DNA from: Octopus sinensis
Lineage: Eukaryota
Direction of reading: 5' to 3'
Assembly (NCBI RefSeq): GCF_006345805.1
Contig: NC_043022.1
Location: forward strand, 1,674,001 to 1,738,000
DNA: 64,000 nt
Shown in pieces: positions 1-12,401 of this stretch; within the stretch, counting starts at the first letter, position 1, and every line of letters begins with the position of its first letter. The notes below the pieces were generated by a model. It saw nothing but the letters and a program-made list of their open reading frames with translations. It was not told the DNA's origin and searched no databases. The translations under genes were made by a program, and so were the position numbers.

Positions 1-475
1 TGAATCCAGCTTTTGTCCCCATTAACGGGGTTGACCGGGATCTACCTCAATGCCAGAGCAACTGCCCCCACACCATCTCGCCCAGTTTTGGGCATCCACC
101 CTTCTCAAACCAACCCTCCCAATCTCCTCCTCCACATTTTTCTCGGTCTACCTTGCTTTTGCTGTCCATTCACCTCAAACTCTAGCATCCTCTTCAGAAC
201 AGGTTCCTCATCCTTCCTCAGCACATACCCATACCACCTCACTCCATTTGCCCTTGCCAGCCATTCCACCAATTCCTCCAACCCCAGCATCCCCATCAAG
301 TCCTCAGTCCTCCTCTTATCAAACAGCTTCACTCCACACATCTCTCTCAGTCCTTCTCAAAATTACTCTCTCTCTCTCCCTCCCTCAAACACCATGTCTC
401 ACTCCCATACAGCATTGCAGCTCTCACACAATTCCTACAGACCTTTCCTTTTGTCTTCAATGGCAAATGTCCTTG
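1..475 (-). mobile_element. RTE-clade non-LTR retrotransposon 3' fragment (RT C-terminus plus 3' UTR), degraded
   Basis: Minus strand reads LKTKGKVCRNCVRAAMLYGSETW, then after a frameshift ANGVRWYGYVLRKDEEPVLKRMLEFEVNGQQKQGRPRKMW (ORF 105..341). These match RTE C-terminal motifs (YGSETW, RW.G.V.R, GRP..TW). Confidence 0.85.
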
Positions 476-627
476 GCTGAATGTCTTCTACTATGACACA
501 CGGCTGTGGAATACTCACTCACACTCAAGTACACTCACTCTCCCACTCGCACTTATCCACTCACACAGACCTTCAAGCAGTGAGGAATTTTAATTTAAAA
601 AAAAAATTTTTCATAGAAGACAGACGA

Positions 628-1020
628 CAGGCTTGGCTGTGTAGTAAGATTAGGTACGGGTGTGGCAAGAAGCTTGCTTCCTAACCGCATGGTTCTGGGT
701 TCAGTCCCACTGCATGGTACCTTGGCCAAATGTCTTCTACTATGGCCCTGGGCCGACCAAAGCCTTGTGAGTGGATTTGGTAGAAGGAAACTGAAAGAAG
801 CCCATTGTGTATATAAATGTGTGTGTGAGTCTCTCCCAACATCACCACTTGACAACCAGTGTTGGTATGTTTATGGCCCTGTAACTTAAGGGTTTGGCAA
901 AAGAGACCGATATAAGTGCTAGGCTTAAAAGAAATAAGTCCTGGGGTCGATTTGTTTGACTAAAACCTTTCAAGGTGGTGCTCCAGCATGGCTGCAGTCA
1001 ATTGACGGAAATGAGTAAAC
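628..1020 (+). mobile_element. SINE family A (tRNA head, CORE-like block)
   Basis: A-box-like TGGCTGTGTGG, B-box-like GGTTCAGTCCC, and accttgggcaagtgtctt resembling the CORE domain. About 20 copies in the window. Confidence 0.85.
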
Positions 1021-1694
1021 AAAAAAAAAAAACAAGAAAGTTTAGAGAAAATGAAGAAAAATCTTACCAGAGGCAGATGGAATGTGTCTCTCGGGGTAAA
1101 GGTCAGCCAGAAATAAACTGTTAACCAGAGTAGATTTTCCTAAGCCAGACTCCCCTGTTTAACGAAATAAAAATATATAAATACAGAATTATAATTAAAA
1201 CAAAAAACAAATATGTTAATAAAACAAACACATTAGGGTGGATTAGTCATTGCACGGTAGCCGTGGAAACGAGTAAAATTTGAAAATGAAGCCAAATTAA
1301 GAAATGCTGTTAATGTTAAAATAGAGATTGATTTATCTGTATTTTGGGGTGTTTAAGAAGAGTGCAAACAGGATGCGAGAAGAAATCTGGACAAAAATCC
1401 CTCCGTAAACAAACACTGACTCTGCAAAGCTTTTTAAAGATTAGGCAAAATATTCAGACATTTGGTAGCTTGGCCGTTGCCAGATCTCTTACTGTTTATT
1501 TATCTATCCTTTAACGTCCGTTTTCCATGCTGGTATGGGTTAGAGGGGTTAGACAAGAGCTGGTACATTAAAAAACTCTGTTAAGCTCTACTACCCGGCA
1601 CATAAGACATAGACATGCAACTTTTGTAATAATTAGAAATATTAAATTTCTAAATATCTCAGAGAGATATGTACGGTGGTGGAGTGAAAGAGTG

Positions 1695-1959
1695 GTTGTA
1701 TACTGTCAACTTAACGTGACAGTCCCGTAAAGGGAATTACACCACCACTATTTAGCCCTAGGAAGCATCAACGCTTCCTGTCGGCTTTGACACATTTCCT
1801 GTGTCCTTATATATTTACGAAGGGGAGACAAGCACCCCCAACAGTTAGGCTCGCATCTAGAGACATGCATGCGACAGGAAGCATTGATGCTTCCTAGGCC
1901 TAAATAGCAGTGGCTTATTCCCTTTACGGGACTGTCACGTTAAGTTGACAGTATACAAC
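1695..1959. mobile_element. Palindromic MITE-like element with ~90-bp terminal inverted repeats, TA/TATA flanked
   Basis: gttgtatactgtcaacttaacgtgacagtcccgtaaaggg...cttcctgtcg is inverted at cgacaggaag...ccctttacgggactgtcacgttaagttgacagtatacaac. Confidence 0.8.
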
Positions 1960-2036
1960 TGCTTTATGTAATAATGTATTGCAGAATATCATTGGCAGTT
2001 GCTTCTTCCAAACCAATTAAACACATTTATAGAATG

Positions 2037-2266
2037 TTAACCCTTTCGTTACTAACCCGGCCAAAACCACCTCTGGCTCTGTAGTACAAATGTCTTGTTT
2101 TCATAAGTTTTGAATAAAAATCTTCCACCAAACCATAGTCACAATTTATATTCCTAACACTAGCTTAATGGTAACTAAGTTATTTTATTAAATTCTTTGT
2201 TATATTTACAATTAATTGAAAGAAACACAGAACATCTCAACAGAAATATGGTAACAAAAGGGTTAA
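2037..2266. mobile_element. piggyBac-like MITE family P2
   Basis: TTAA-CCCTTTCGTTAC ... GTAACAAAAGGG-TTAA termini. Confidence 0.75.
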
Positions 2267-2819
2267 ACATGCTCTCTGTTTTTTTTTTTCACATTTTTTC
2301 TGTTTTTTTTTTCATTCTCTATCCATTTTTTTTTTTTTGCTCCCATCCCTTTCTGTCGAAGGTCAATGACATCCATTCTTCTAGCGTGTTTAATACATCT
2401 GCTTATTGTTATCGTCTGACATGGACAATTCTATCAATCTGCCGCCTTGGGCCGAAAACTTCATTGGGCCCTGAAAGAACGAAAGACAAAGTAAGCCTTG
2501 GCAGGACTTGAACTCCGAGTACAGAGAATCGGAAAGAAGAATCACCAAGAGAATTGGACTGATACTTTCTTTTGATGACCCTGAGAGAATGACAAGCAAA
2601 GAAGGCATTGGTGGGATTTGAACTATGAGTGTAGTTAACTGGAATAAACACCACATTTTGTCCTATGATCTAGTCACATGATCAGCCAAACTATTGGATG
2701 TTGTTATACATTGCTGGTCACAATGCGCTTCACATCATTGTAGCATTTGAATGATGCCACACCCTGCAGGGTAGGTGAGCTGGTGAACATTGCCCCTGAT
2801 TGGAAGGCTATTCTGTCAG

Positions 2820-2965
2820 AGGGTTAACCATTTACAGCTGAGTGGACTGGAGCAACGTGATATGAAGTGGTTTTGCAAGAACACAAAGCACTGCTCGGTA
2901 CAGGAATTGAGATCACGACCTGGTGATTGCGAGTGCAACACCCTCGCCACCAGGCCATGCGCTTA
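2820..2965 (-). mobile_element. SINE family D fragment (tRNA head, CORE-like block)
   Basis: Minus strand tRNA-like head then gtgttcttgcaaaaccacttcatatcacgttgctccagtccactcagctg; homologous to 7850-8183. Confidence 0.65.
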
Positions 2966-3019
2966 ATAATCCAGCCAACATGGTCCCTGGTGAGGGCTAA
3001 ATGTTTTGACCAACACAAA

Positions 3020-3240
3020 TAATGCTGTATAACTTTATGTACATTATTTACATTTGACAGATATTTGTCCTCATCTTGTTTCTTAACACAACGTTTCGGC
3101 TGATATACCCTCCAGCCCTTCATCAGGTGTCTTGGGGAAATTTCGAACCTGGGTTCCCATTCCTAAGGTATTTTTCGATATTATTATTATTATTATTATT
3201 CAGGTCACTGCCTGGAATCGAACTTGGAATCTTGGGGTTT
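3020..3240 (-). mobile_element. Penelope-like end fragment with hammerhead motif, preceded by a tRNA-type B box
   Basis: acgtttcggc...cttcatcag signature; minus strand GTTCGATTCC near 3213-3222 and an (AAT)n linker upstream of the ribozyme motif. Confidence 0.6.
3085..3131 (-). ncRNA. Minimal type I hammerhead ribozyme motif
   Basis: Minus: gacac CTGATGA a gggctg gagggtatat cagcc GAA ACGT T gtgtt. Stem I 5 bp, stem II 5 bp, palindromic stem III ACGT, cleavage triplet GUU. Confidence 0.75.
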
Positions 3241-4254
3241 GTTCTTAAATATAGAACTGCTGTATAACTTTGTATGTCCAGTACTATATCTGATTCTTCT
3301 CTCTTTTTCACAACTTTTAACTTTATATATATGCATACAGAGAGAAAGAGAGAGAATGTTCTGCAACAATGGCTATAAGTAGCTGTGATTCTCTGCAAGG
3401 TTCCTCATTCCATTTGGACATCCAAGACATGACCCCCTTCTATTGTCATTACTCCTCGTTCTGATGGTATTCAGAGCCACAGAAACTGTAGGAAACTAAA
3501 GTTTATAGATGATGATGATGATGATGATGATGTGGCACAAATAAAAGGGAGCGATGAACTACAAGTTGGAAAACTATTGAGCAGCGCCTGTTCTTACACA
3601 GAAGTTTTAAGAATTCAGCTCCGCTCCATTCCAACCGATCCATCAAAATCTTGTATTTCTTGAATTCTTGTATTCTTATTGAATAAACAACACAGTCCCT
3701 TTACAACAACCCAACCTCCCCCACTCTCCCACTCTCTCATGATTGATGACTGAGCAAGAGTATGCTGGTTTATGAATAAACCAGAACACCACCACCATCT
3801 TATTTCATAACCCTGCTCACAGCACCCTGATATGCAGCTTCCACATCTCCCATAGACCCAACCCACCCTATCCTCAAACTTTCAAAGAATCTGTCAGATT
3901 ACAGAGGTGGGAGTGGAGGGCCCTGTCAAAGGTTCCCCCCCCACACACCTCCACCAGGTTGATAAATGTAAAGAAACTCAAAAACCTCTCGTGTAGTTTA
4001 CCTGACCCCGAAATGCAGCTCCTGGTACAAACTGAAACCTGTCTCTTACCCAATCCTAACCACATTTTCAACTAAGTTCATTATGACTCAGGCCATCAAT
4101 TTATGGACTTCTACCATGAATACCCTCCCCCCAGTGCATCTCCTCCTATGATGATGATGATGATGATGATGATGATGTGCTAGTGAGAGGACAGGGGAAC
4201 ATAACTCCTGTCTTACCACACTGACTAAACAACCAGCTAATAAAGTTTTGTCCA

Positions 4255-4646
4255 CAGGAGTGGCTGTGGGGTAAGTAGCTTGCTTACCAACCACATGGGT
4301 TCAGGTTCAGTCCCACTTTGTGGGCAAGTGTCTTCTACTATAGCATTGTGCCGACCAAAGCCTTGTGAGTGGATTTGATAGGCGGAAACTGAAAGAAGCC
4401 CATCCTATACATATGTGTGTGTGTGTGTGTGTGTGTGTATGTTTGTGTGTCTGTGTTTGTCTCCCCAACATCACTTGACAACTGATGCTGGTGTGTTTAC
4501 GTCCCCGTAACTTAGCAGTTCGGCAAAAGAGACCGATAGAATAAGTACTAGGCTCACAAAGAATAAGTCCTAGGGTCAATTTGCTCGACTAAAGGCGGTG
4601 CTCCAGCATGGTCACAGTCAAATGACTGAAACAAATAAAAGAGTAA
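4255..4646 (+). mobile_element. SINE family A, full length
   Basis: Head, internal (GT)n and gactgaaac-aagagtaa tail; matches the other copies. Confidence 0.9.
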
Positions 4647-4674
4647 CCTTCCACTGCTTTGTCTTGGTATCTTA

Positions 4675-4707
<33 letters not shown>

Positions 4708-4872
4708 CTGGTCAAGAAGGTCCTGAAAGGGCCTTGAACACTGCCCCCTCTCTTCTACCTAAGCCACAAAAATAATCAAGGCATTTATATATCAGTGGTT
4801 CTGAATTGGGTTCCATAGAATATTTTGTTAAAATTCATCTGCCATAAATTGCTTCTACAATACATAAAACAT

Positions 4873-5101
4873 CTCCTTTAGCATTCAGGTTACTCTTTCA
4901 AATGTAATCCTTATTCATTCATGTTGTTTTGAATTGATCCCGGATCATCTCATAGCTTTGAGATTTCAATGACATAATTGTTTGTTTTTAGAATGACATT
5001 GTTAAGTTATAACTGCGAGAAGTCAGATCTGGACAGTCTGGACATAAAACAGGTAGAAATGTCTTGGGCTGGCCATGGCTGCTTTAATGCCAAAAGATTA
5101 A
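4873..5101. mobile_element. piggyBac-like MITE family P1, degraded
   Basis: cctttagcattcag...gctttaatgccaaaagattaa; homologous to 17795-18017. Confidence 0.65.
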
Positions 5102-5130
5102 GCATTTTTTTATAAAGAATTCCTAATAAT

Positions 5131-5594
5131 ATATGGTTCCGGGTTCAGTCCCATTGCGTGGCACCTCGGGTAAATGTCTTCTACTGTAGCCTCGGGCCGA
5201 CCAAAGCCTTGTGAATGGATTTGGTGGACAGAAACTGAAAGAAGCCCATTGTATATATGCATGCACACACAGAGGGTGGGCCAAAAGTCACACACCCCAA
5301 GACATTTAATATACAATTCCAGAGTGTATTGAACTTAGTGTGTGACTTCTGGCCCACCCTGAGTATATATACATATGTGTGTGTGTCCTCAATCACTGCT
5401 TGGCAACCTGTGTTGGTACGTTTCCATCCCTGTAACTTAGTGGTTCGGCAGAAGAGACCAGGCTTTAACAAAAAAAAAAAAAAAAAAAAAAAAAAAATTC
5501 TGGGGTTGATCCATTCAGCTAAATATTCTTCAGGATGGTGCCCCAGCATGGCCAAAGTCATGGAAAAAGACTGAATCAAGTAAAAGATAAAAGA
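5131..5594 (+). mobile_element. SINE family A, 5' truncated
   Basis: Starts at atggttccgggttcagtccc; body and tail as in family A. Confidence 0.85.
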
Positions 5595-5870
5595 TGTGCG
5601 TAAATTGCTCTGAACATGTTTAACAAACGAAACATTAAACCAACAGATGTAAATTGTTTTAACATGACTAATGAAGCCTCAAGCTAACAGGCCTTGCATA
5701 AATTACTGTTAATTAACAATTAATAAATGGAATGTTAAAAAACCAGCAAAAACGAATATATAAAAAAGAGATAAATAGATTGTTTAATCAATAATAATCA
5801 TGGTTTTCAATTTTCCAATAAGCTCAGGAAACAATTTCAGAAGTGGTTTAGCATCATCATCATCATCATA

Positions 5871-6170
5871 GTGGAGGCACATGGCCTAGTGGTTAGAGCA
5901 GCAGACTCACAGTCGAGGGATTGCGGGTTTGAATCTCAGACCGGGCGATGTGTGTGTTTATGAGCAAAACATCTAAGCTCCACACGGCTCCGGCAGAAGG
6001 TAATGGCGAACTTCTGCTGACTCTTTCGCCACAACTGTCTCTCATTCTTTCCTCCTGCATCTTGCAGCTCACCTGCGATGGACTGGCGTCCTGTCCAGGT
6101 GGGGAACCTATACGCCAAGGAGACCAGCCCTTATGAGCCAGGCATGGCTCAAGAAGGAACAACAACAACA
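5871..6170 (+). mobile_element. SINE family C (tRNA head, cctgcgatggactggcgtcctgtccagg block, (AAC)n tail)
   Basis: Close homologue of 30226-30525; A box TGGCCTAGTGG and a B-box-like motif. Confidence 0.85.
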
Positions 6171-6171
6171 T

Positions 6172-6400
6172 CATCATCATCATCATCATTGTTGTTTAAT
6201 GTCTGTTTTCCATGCTGGCATGTGTTGAATGCTTTGAGTGAAAACTGGTAAGCTGCACCAGGTTCCAATCTGATCTGGCAAGGTTTCTATGGCTGGATGC
6301 CCTTCCTAATACCAACCACTCTGAGAATGGGTGCCAGTTATACAATACCGGCATCAGCCACAACTACAATCTCACTTGGCTTGACAGGTCTTCGCAAGCA
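6172..6400 (-). mobile_element. Repeat family E (RTE-type tail ending in (GAT)n)
   Basis: catcatcatt...ccatgctggcatg...ggctggatgcccttcctaa; further copies at 7232-7385, 9010-9260, 28205-28370(+), 30625-30720, 42028-42175. Confidence 0.7.
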
Positions 6401-6414
6401 TGGTGTACCCATTT

Positions 6415-6612
6415 CTACTCTAGGCACAAGGCCTGAAATGTTTTGGGAGGGGGCCAGTCAATTAGATCAACCCCAGTACACAACCAGTACTTAATTTATC
6501 GACCCTGAAAGGATGAAAGGCAAAGTTGACCTGGGTGGAATCTGAACTCGGAACGTAAAGACATGAAATACTGCAAAGCATTTCGCCCGGCATGCTAACG
6601 TTTCTGCCAGCA
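6415..6612 (-). mobile_element. SINE family B (tRNA head, Meta-like domain), older tail variant
   Basis: Reverse complement of gctggcagaaacgttagca...gactttgcctttcatcctttc...ggccttgtgcctagagtag. Confidence 0.75.
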
Positions 6613-7849
6613 CAGTATATCGCCAAAGATCTCGGTCACTTGTCACTGCCTCTGTGAGGCCCAACGTTTGAACGGTGCTTTTGACGTGCCACCAGTCTTA
6701 CCAATTGTCTTTTTTACACCAACTATTTCAGATCTTTTACTAATTCAGTGATTGATATTTTCTATCCTGCTGTGTTTACCCTGCTTCATGAGGTGGGGGT
6801 GGTGGTGGCTCTACATTGCTCTGGGTGACAATGGAGGCATGGCAATGTTAGCTGGGTGTCACAATACCCCACTCTCCCATCGACCTTTTGCCACAAAGGA
6901 GGTCAGCAATGATGGGTATATTTCAAGCTCAGACTGGAGCTGCAGGGAGCTGGAAAAAATAAACACAAGGCACCTTGCTTGATGCTTCAGTAATTCCAAC
7001 ATACCACCCTGGGCCAGCATTTTAACCAAAATGTACAAAAATAGGGTGGGGTGACCTCAGCTGGATTTGAACTCTGAACACAAGGAGCTGGAACAAATAC
7101 TACAATGTAGTGGTTCTCAACTGGGGTCCACATAAGATTTTGCTGTTAAAATTTATCTGCAATAATTTGGTTATTCTTCTACAACACACAAAACATTTTT
7201 AACCATTCTTCATACGATTCCTAATAATCCTCATCATTGTTTAACATCCGCCTTCCATGCTGGCATGGGTTGGATGGGTTGACAAAAGCCAGCCAGGTAG
7301 AAGACAACACCAGGCTACTGTGTCTCTTTTGGCATGGTTTTTAAGGCTGGATGCCCTTCCTAACACCAACCACCTCGCAAAGAGGTCCATAAAAAGAAAA
7401 TGGCTGAGAACCGCCGCTCTGACACTTGTGCCAATTCACAGCCTGCTTATTTGGATAGGCTGGTCTTCTCAAAGTGTGTATGCATGTGGCCAAGGGCCAC
7501 ATGTGAATATGTATTTCCATTGAAACTCTGAACATCACCGAATGATGACTACAGCATGTGCACTGTCTGCCACGCCTCCATTCCGAGTGAGGCACACAGC
7601 CTTGACTATGACTGACTGACTGTTGGCTGTGGTCAACATTCATGGGGGACATGGGGATCTTGTTGCTTCAAGCTGTACTCAACCTACCCTGGGGGAATGC
7701 TATTGCACATACGAGTACATGAGGATTCTCTCTCTCTCACACACACACGACAGACTTTCTGCCCACCAAATCCACTCACAAGGCTTTGGTGGTAGAAGAT
7801 CTGAGGTTGTGATAGAACACATGTCCAAGTTGTTGTGCAGTGGGGGTAA

Positions 7850-8183
7850 AGACCTCCTTCAGTCACGAATGACCAAGGGATTGCACCAAGAAAGTTCCCC
7901 TCTGAGGCACAAGTCAGGACAAGGTTGTTTATAGAAGACCAGCAGTTGCCCATACATACCAGCCACCCTTCCTCTCCACGCCACTGATGTTATCCAAGGG
8001 AAAGCAAAGGGGCCGATACAGCTTGGCACCAGTGATGTCGCTACTCATTTCAACAGCTGAGTGAACTGGAACAATGTGAAATAAAGTGTCTTGCTCAAGA
8101 ACACAACACACAGCCTGGTCTGGGAATCGAACTTACAACCTCATGATTGTGAGCCCAATGCTCTAGCCACTGAGCCACGCGCC
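7850..8183 (-). mobile_element. SINE family D, near full length
   Basis: Minus ggcgcgtggctcagtggctagagc (A box)...agttcgattccc (B box)...gtgttcttgagcaagacacttt (CORE-like). Confidence 0.75.
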
Positions 8184-9009
8184 AAAACCACATGGCTGTT
8201 TCAACAGGTTTTGATTATGTCACCTAAAATCTTTGAAGGTGGTGCCCCAGCAAAACTGCACAGTCTGCTGAATAACAACCAATAATATCATTAAAAGACT
8301 CCAAGAATAGATGCAATGCATTACTTACCAACCACAAGTAGAGTAAACTCAAAACCCTTCTTCACAGATTTCCTGTGAACCTGGTTGGGAAGATTGGCAA
8401 ATCCTACATAACCAATCTGCTCGGGGTTAACAAACTGAAATTAGAGAGAAGAAAAAAAAGGAAGATATAAAAAATATTGCAACATGAATATTTAAATATC
8501 TATTTATGTAATTACAAGGTTAACGAACTGAAAAACAACAACATACGAAACAAATATTGGTTTCTAATTTTGGCACAAGGCCAGCAATTTCGGGGGTGAG
8601 GGCCCAGTTGATTAGATTGACCCCAATGCTCAACTGAAAGTTGAACTTGACCTTGGTGGAATTGTAAAGACATAAAATGCTGCTGTTTTGTCCAGTGTGC
8701 CAATGATTCTGCCATCTCACTGCCTTGATAATAATAATAATAGTAGTAGTAGTAACAGTAGTAAAAGTTGTCTGGAAGCAATGGATTTTTGAATACTTGC
8801 CAAATAAAATAAATAAAAAAAAAACAGAAAAAAGGAAAAGAAAACCCCTTGCTTAAAAAAAAACAGTTAAGGGTCATAAGAGAAAGGAAGGAAGTGCCTG
8901 CATTGGTGTAGTACAATGGCCCAATAATATATTCATCAAACCCATGCTACCATGGGAAAATGTATGTAAAGCAAATGAATCACACACACACACACACACA
9001 ATGGACTAT

Positions 9010-9260
9010 CATCATCATCATCGTTTAATGTCTGCTTTCCATGCTGGCATGGGTTGGAGAGTTTGACTGAAGATTGACAAGCCAGGTGGCTGCACCTGGC
9101 TCCAATCTGATCTGGCAAGGTTTCTACAGCTGGATGCCCTTCCTAATGCCAACCACTCCAAGAGTGTACTGGGTGTTTTTTACATGCCACCAGCACAGGG
9201 GCCAGTAAGGTGGTATTGGCATCAACCATGCTTGAATGGTGCTTTTTATGTGCCTCCAAA
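9010..9260 (-). mobile_element. Repeat family E
   Basis: catcatcatcgtttaatgtctgctttccatgctggcatgggttgg...ggatgcccttcctaatgccaaccactc. Confidence 0.75.
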
Positions 9261-9515
9261 TTCCCCACTGATAAAGAGATGGAAAATACTTATTTGCAGT
9301 GAGATTGAACCCAGAGTCAGGTGGCTGTGAAATGAACTTTATACTTAATTTGTACAGTAATTACTCCATCCATGGAAATTTCCACAAGGATTAGTTAATT
9401 AACTAAACCAGGATTCTGTTGTTCTTAATTACACCCCCACCCTACCCCACTCCAATGCCATTCTCAAACTAATTAGTAAACAGGCCTTCATAACATGAGA
9501 AAAAAAAACCAAAAC

Positions 9516-9683
9516 AGGCGCAGGAGTGGCTGTGTGGTAAGTAGCTTGCTTACCAACCACATGGTTCTGGGTTCAGTCCCACTGCATGGCACCTTGGGTA
9601 AGTGTCTTCTACTATAGCCTCGAGCCGACCAAAGCCTTGTGAGTGGATTTGGTAGACGGAAACTGAAAGAAGCCCGTTGTATG

Positions 9684-9726
<43 letters not shown>

Positions 9727-9942
9727 TGTGTGTTGTGTGTCTGTGTTTGTCCCCCTAGCATTGCTTGACAACTGATGCTGTGTGTTTACATCGCCGTCAC
9801 TTAGCGGTTCGGCAAAAGAGACCGACAGAACAAGTACTGGGCGTACAAAGAATAAGTCTTGGGGTCGATTTGCTTGACTAAAGGCGGTGCTCCAGCATGG
9901 CCGCAGTCAAAATGACTGAAACAGGTAAAAAAGAGTAAAGAG
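9516..9942 (+). mobile_element. SINE family A, full length
   Basis: Complete head, body, (TA)/(GT) insert and tail. Confidence 0.9.
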
Positions 9943-10652
9943 TATTGAAATTGATGATGATGATGATAATTAGGAAGGCGAGGGGCAACAAATGATAATA
10001 ACGAAGACAATCAGTTGTTTTTTCTGTCTCCCTTGAAGTAGATAATTTTATATTTCATTCTGCCAGAGAACCTCACCCCACCAAAAAAAAAAACCCAAAA
10101 AAAACTATTGTTTTAAATATTGAACAAATTAAATTTAAAAAAAAATAATAAAAAAAAAGTTACACAGAAAAAAACAAAAACAAAGGAGAAGGATGTGGGT
10201 TGAACCACCAAGGAAATGGGTATTTAAGGTTTCATTTCCTCTTTTTCATCACCCACCACCACCTCTTTGGCTTACTTACAATCTATCTGGCTCACACACA
10301 CATTCATACTCTTTCTCTCTCTAGTTTACACACACACACACACATACAGAGGCTTATAGGATTATACATACACATCAGTTTACATAAGCACACCACTCCC
10401 TGGCATGTACACACAAACACACTTCATCCTTTCTTTCTCCTCTCTCACACACACACATGCACAATCTCTCTCTGCCCTCATCATTGCTAGAAATTGGAGC
10501 TGCTTTCCTCTTTTTGCCTTCCCAAGACACCTTCACATCCTCCATCAAAGCAGTGATACTGGGTCACCTGCATCCCCAACACCCCACCCCCACTCCGTTC
10601 TACCAACATTATCGCTACTTCCTTCACCACCATCAATAATAATAATCCTCAT

Positions 10653-10856
10653 AGACGCAGGAGTGGCTGTGTGGTAAGTAGCTTGCTTACCAACCACATG
10701 GTTCTGGGTTCAGTCTCACTGCGTGGCACCTTGGGCAAGTGTCTACTACTATAGCCCCGGGCCAACCAAAGCTTTGTGAGTGGATTTGGTAGACGGAAAC
10801 TGAAAGAAGTACTTCGTATATATGTATATGTATATATATCTATGTGTGTGTGTGAA
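10653..10856 (+). mobile_element. SINE family A, 5' half
   Basis: Head through gaaactgaaagaag, then interrupted by family B fragments (10858-11080). Confidence 0.8.
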
Positions 10857-11490
10857 ACACTGGGGGTCAATGTCATCAAATTGTCCACTGTAATTGCCTC
10901 TCCTCCACCCCCATCGCTGCTTTCTGGGTTCAAATTCCGCCGAGGTTGACTTTGCCTTTCATCATTTTGGGACTGATAAACATGTGTCAAGCAATGGGGG
11001 TCAATGTAATTGACCGTTCTCAATGCCCCACCCCACCAAATCCCCAGCCTTGTGCCTATAGTACAAAGAATTATTGCACTCTTTGCTATAAACAGAATTG
11101 AAAGTTTTCTACCGAAAAGCAGAAACCTTCAACACCTACTTCCACTCCCCCCACCTCTCTCTCTCTACCAAACAATATTTTCCACCGTGTGCGTGTGTGT
11201 GTGTGAGTGTGTGCGTGTGTGTGTGTAGAAAGAGAGGAACAGTGGAGGTGTGAAGTATTTTCCAAATGAAACTCGCACAAGTTGTCTGCAAACTGTTAAA
11301 GAGTAAACGTTAATGATGGTAATGGTGGTGGTGGTGGGTGGTGTAGTAGTTAATGAGAGAATGGGTGTCAAACTCCACCCCCCCCCCACCCGACCCACCC
11401 CTGCTCCCTTTTCGTAATAAACACTGCTGTGCAAGTTTGCACTGTATACTCTCATTATACCCTGAAGAGACTTGCCAGCTGAGTGGGAGG

Positions 11491-11535
<45 letters not shown>

Positions 11536-11634
11536 AGAGAGGGGGGTTGGACAGACAGGTTCCTCGTTTGAGGTTCTTGGTTACCACAGGGCAAATATTG
11601 TGTGTCAATATATGTTTAGGAGTATATTGTAATG

Positions 11635-12275
11635 CATGTGTGTGTGTGTGTGATTGGACACATGCATGGATGGATGGGTGAGAGCATGTGCACACATGGT
11701 GTGTGCGTGAGTGTGTGCAGATGTGGCTGAGTGGGTGTGTGCACATGAGGCTCTGTGTGTGTGTGTGAGTGTGCATGAGACTGTGTGTGTGCATATGAGG
11801 CTGTGTGTGTGTGTGCATGAGACTGTGTGTGTGCATATGAGGCTGTGTGTGTGTGTGTGTGTGCATGAGGCTGTGTGTGTGTGCACATGAGGCTCTGTGT
11901 GTGTGTGTGAGTGTGCATGAGACTGTGTGTGCATATGAGGCTGTGTGTGCACACATGAGGCTGTGTGTGTGTGTGTGTGTGTGCATGAGACTGTGTGTGT
12001 GCATATAAGGCTGTGTGTGTGTGTGCATATGAGGCTGTGTGTGCACACATGAGGCTGTGTGTGTGTGTGAGTGTGCATGAGACTGTGTGTGCACACATGA
12101 GGCTGTGTGTGTGTGTGTGTGCATGAGGCTGTGTGTGTGTGTGTGTGCATGAGCTGTGTGTGTGTGTGTGTGTGCATGAGGCTGTGTGTGTGTGTGTGCA
12201 TGAGGCTGTGTGTGTGTGTGCATATGTGGCTCTGTGTGTGTGCATGAGGCTGTATGTGCATGTGAGGTTTGTGTG
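11635..12275. repeat. Compound minisatellite, (GT)n interrupted by GCATGAGGCT/GCATATGAGGCT/GCATGAGACT
   Basis: Directly visible repeated units. Confidence 0.95.
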
Positions 12276-12349
12276 TGTGTGTGTGCATATATGGTTATAA
12301 ATGTGTGCATGCACAGCTGTGCATACATGTGATTATAATAATGTGCATT

Positions 12350-12401
<52 letters not shown>

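Noticed and set aside
5871-5945. tRNA-like sequences with A and B boxes (also 30226, 8100-8183 and others)
   Set aside because: They are SINE heads continuing into SINE bodies; no complete cloverleaf.
11165-12328. 387-aa ORF and overlapping 227/232-aa ORFs
   Set aside because: Read-through of a (GT)n-based minisatellite; open in several frames, H/T/C-only composition.
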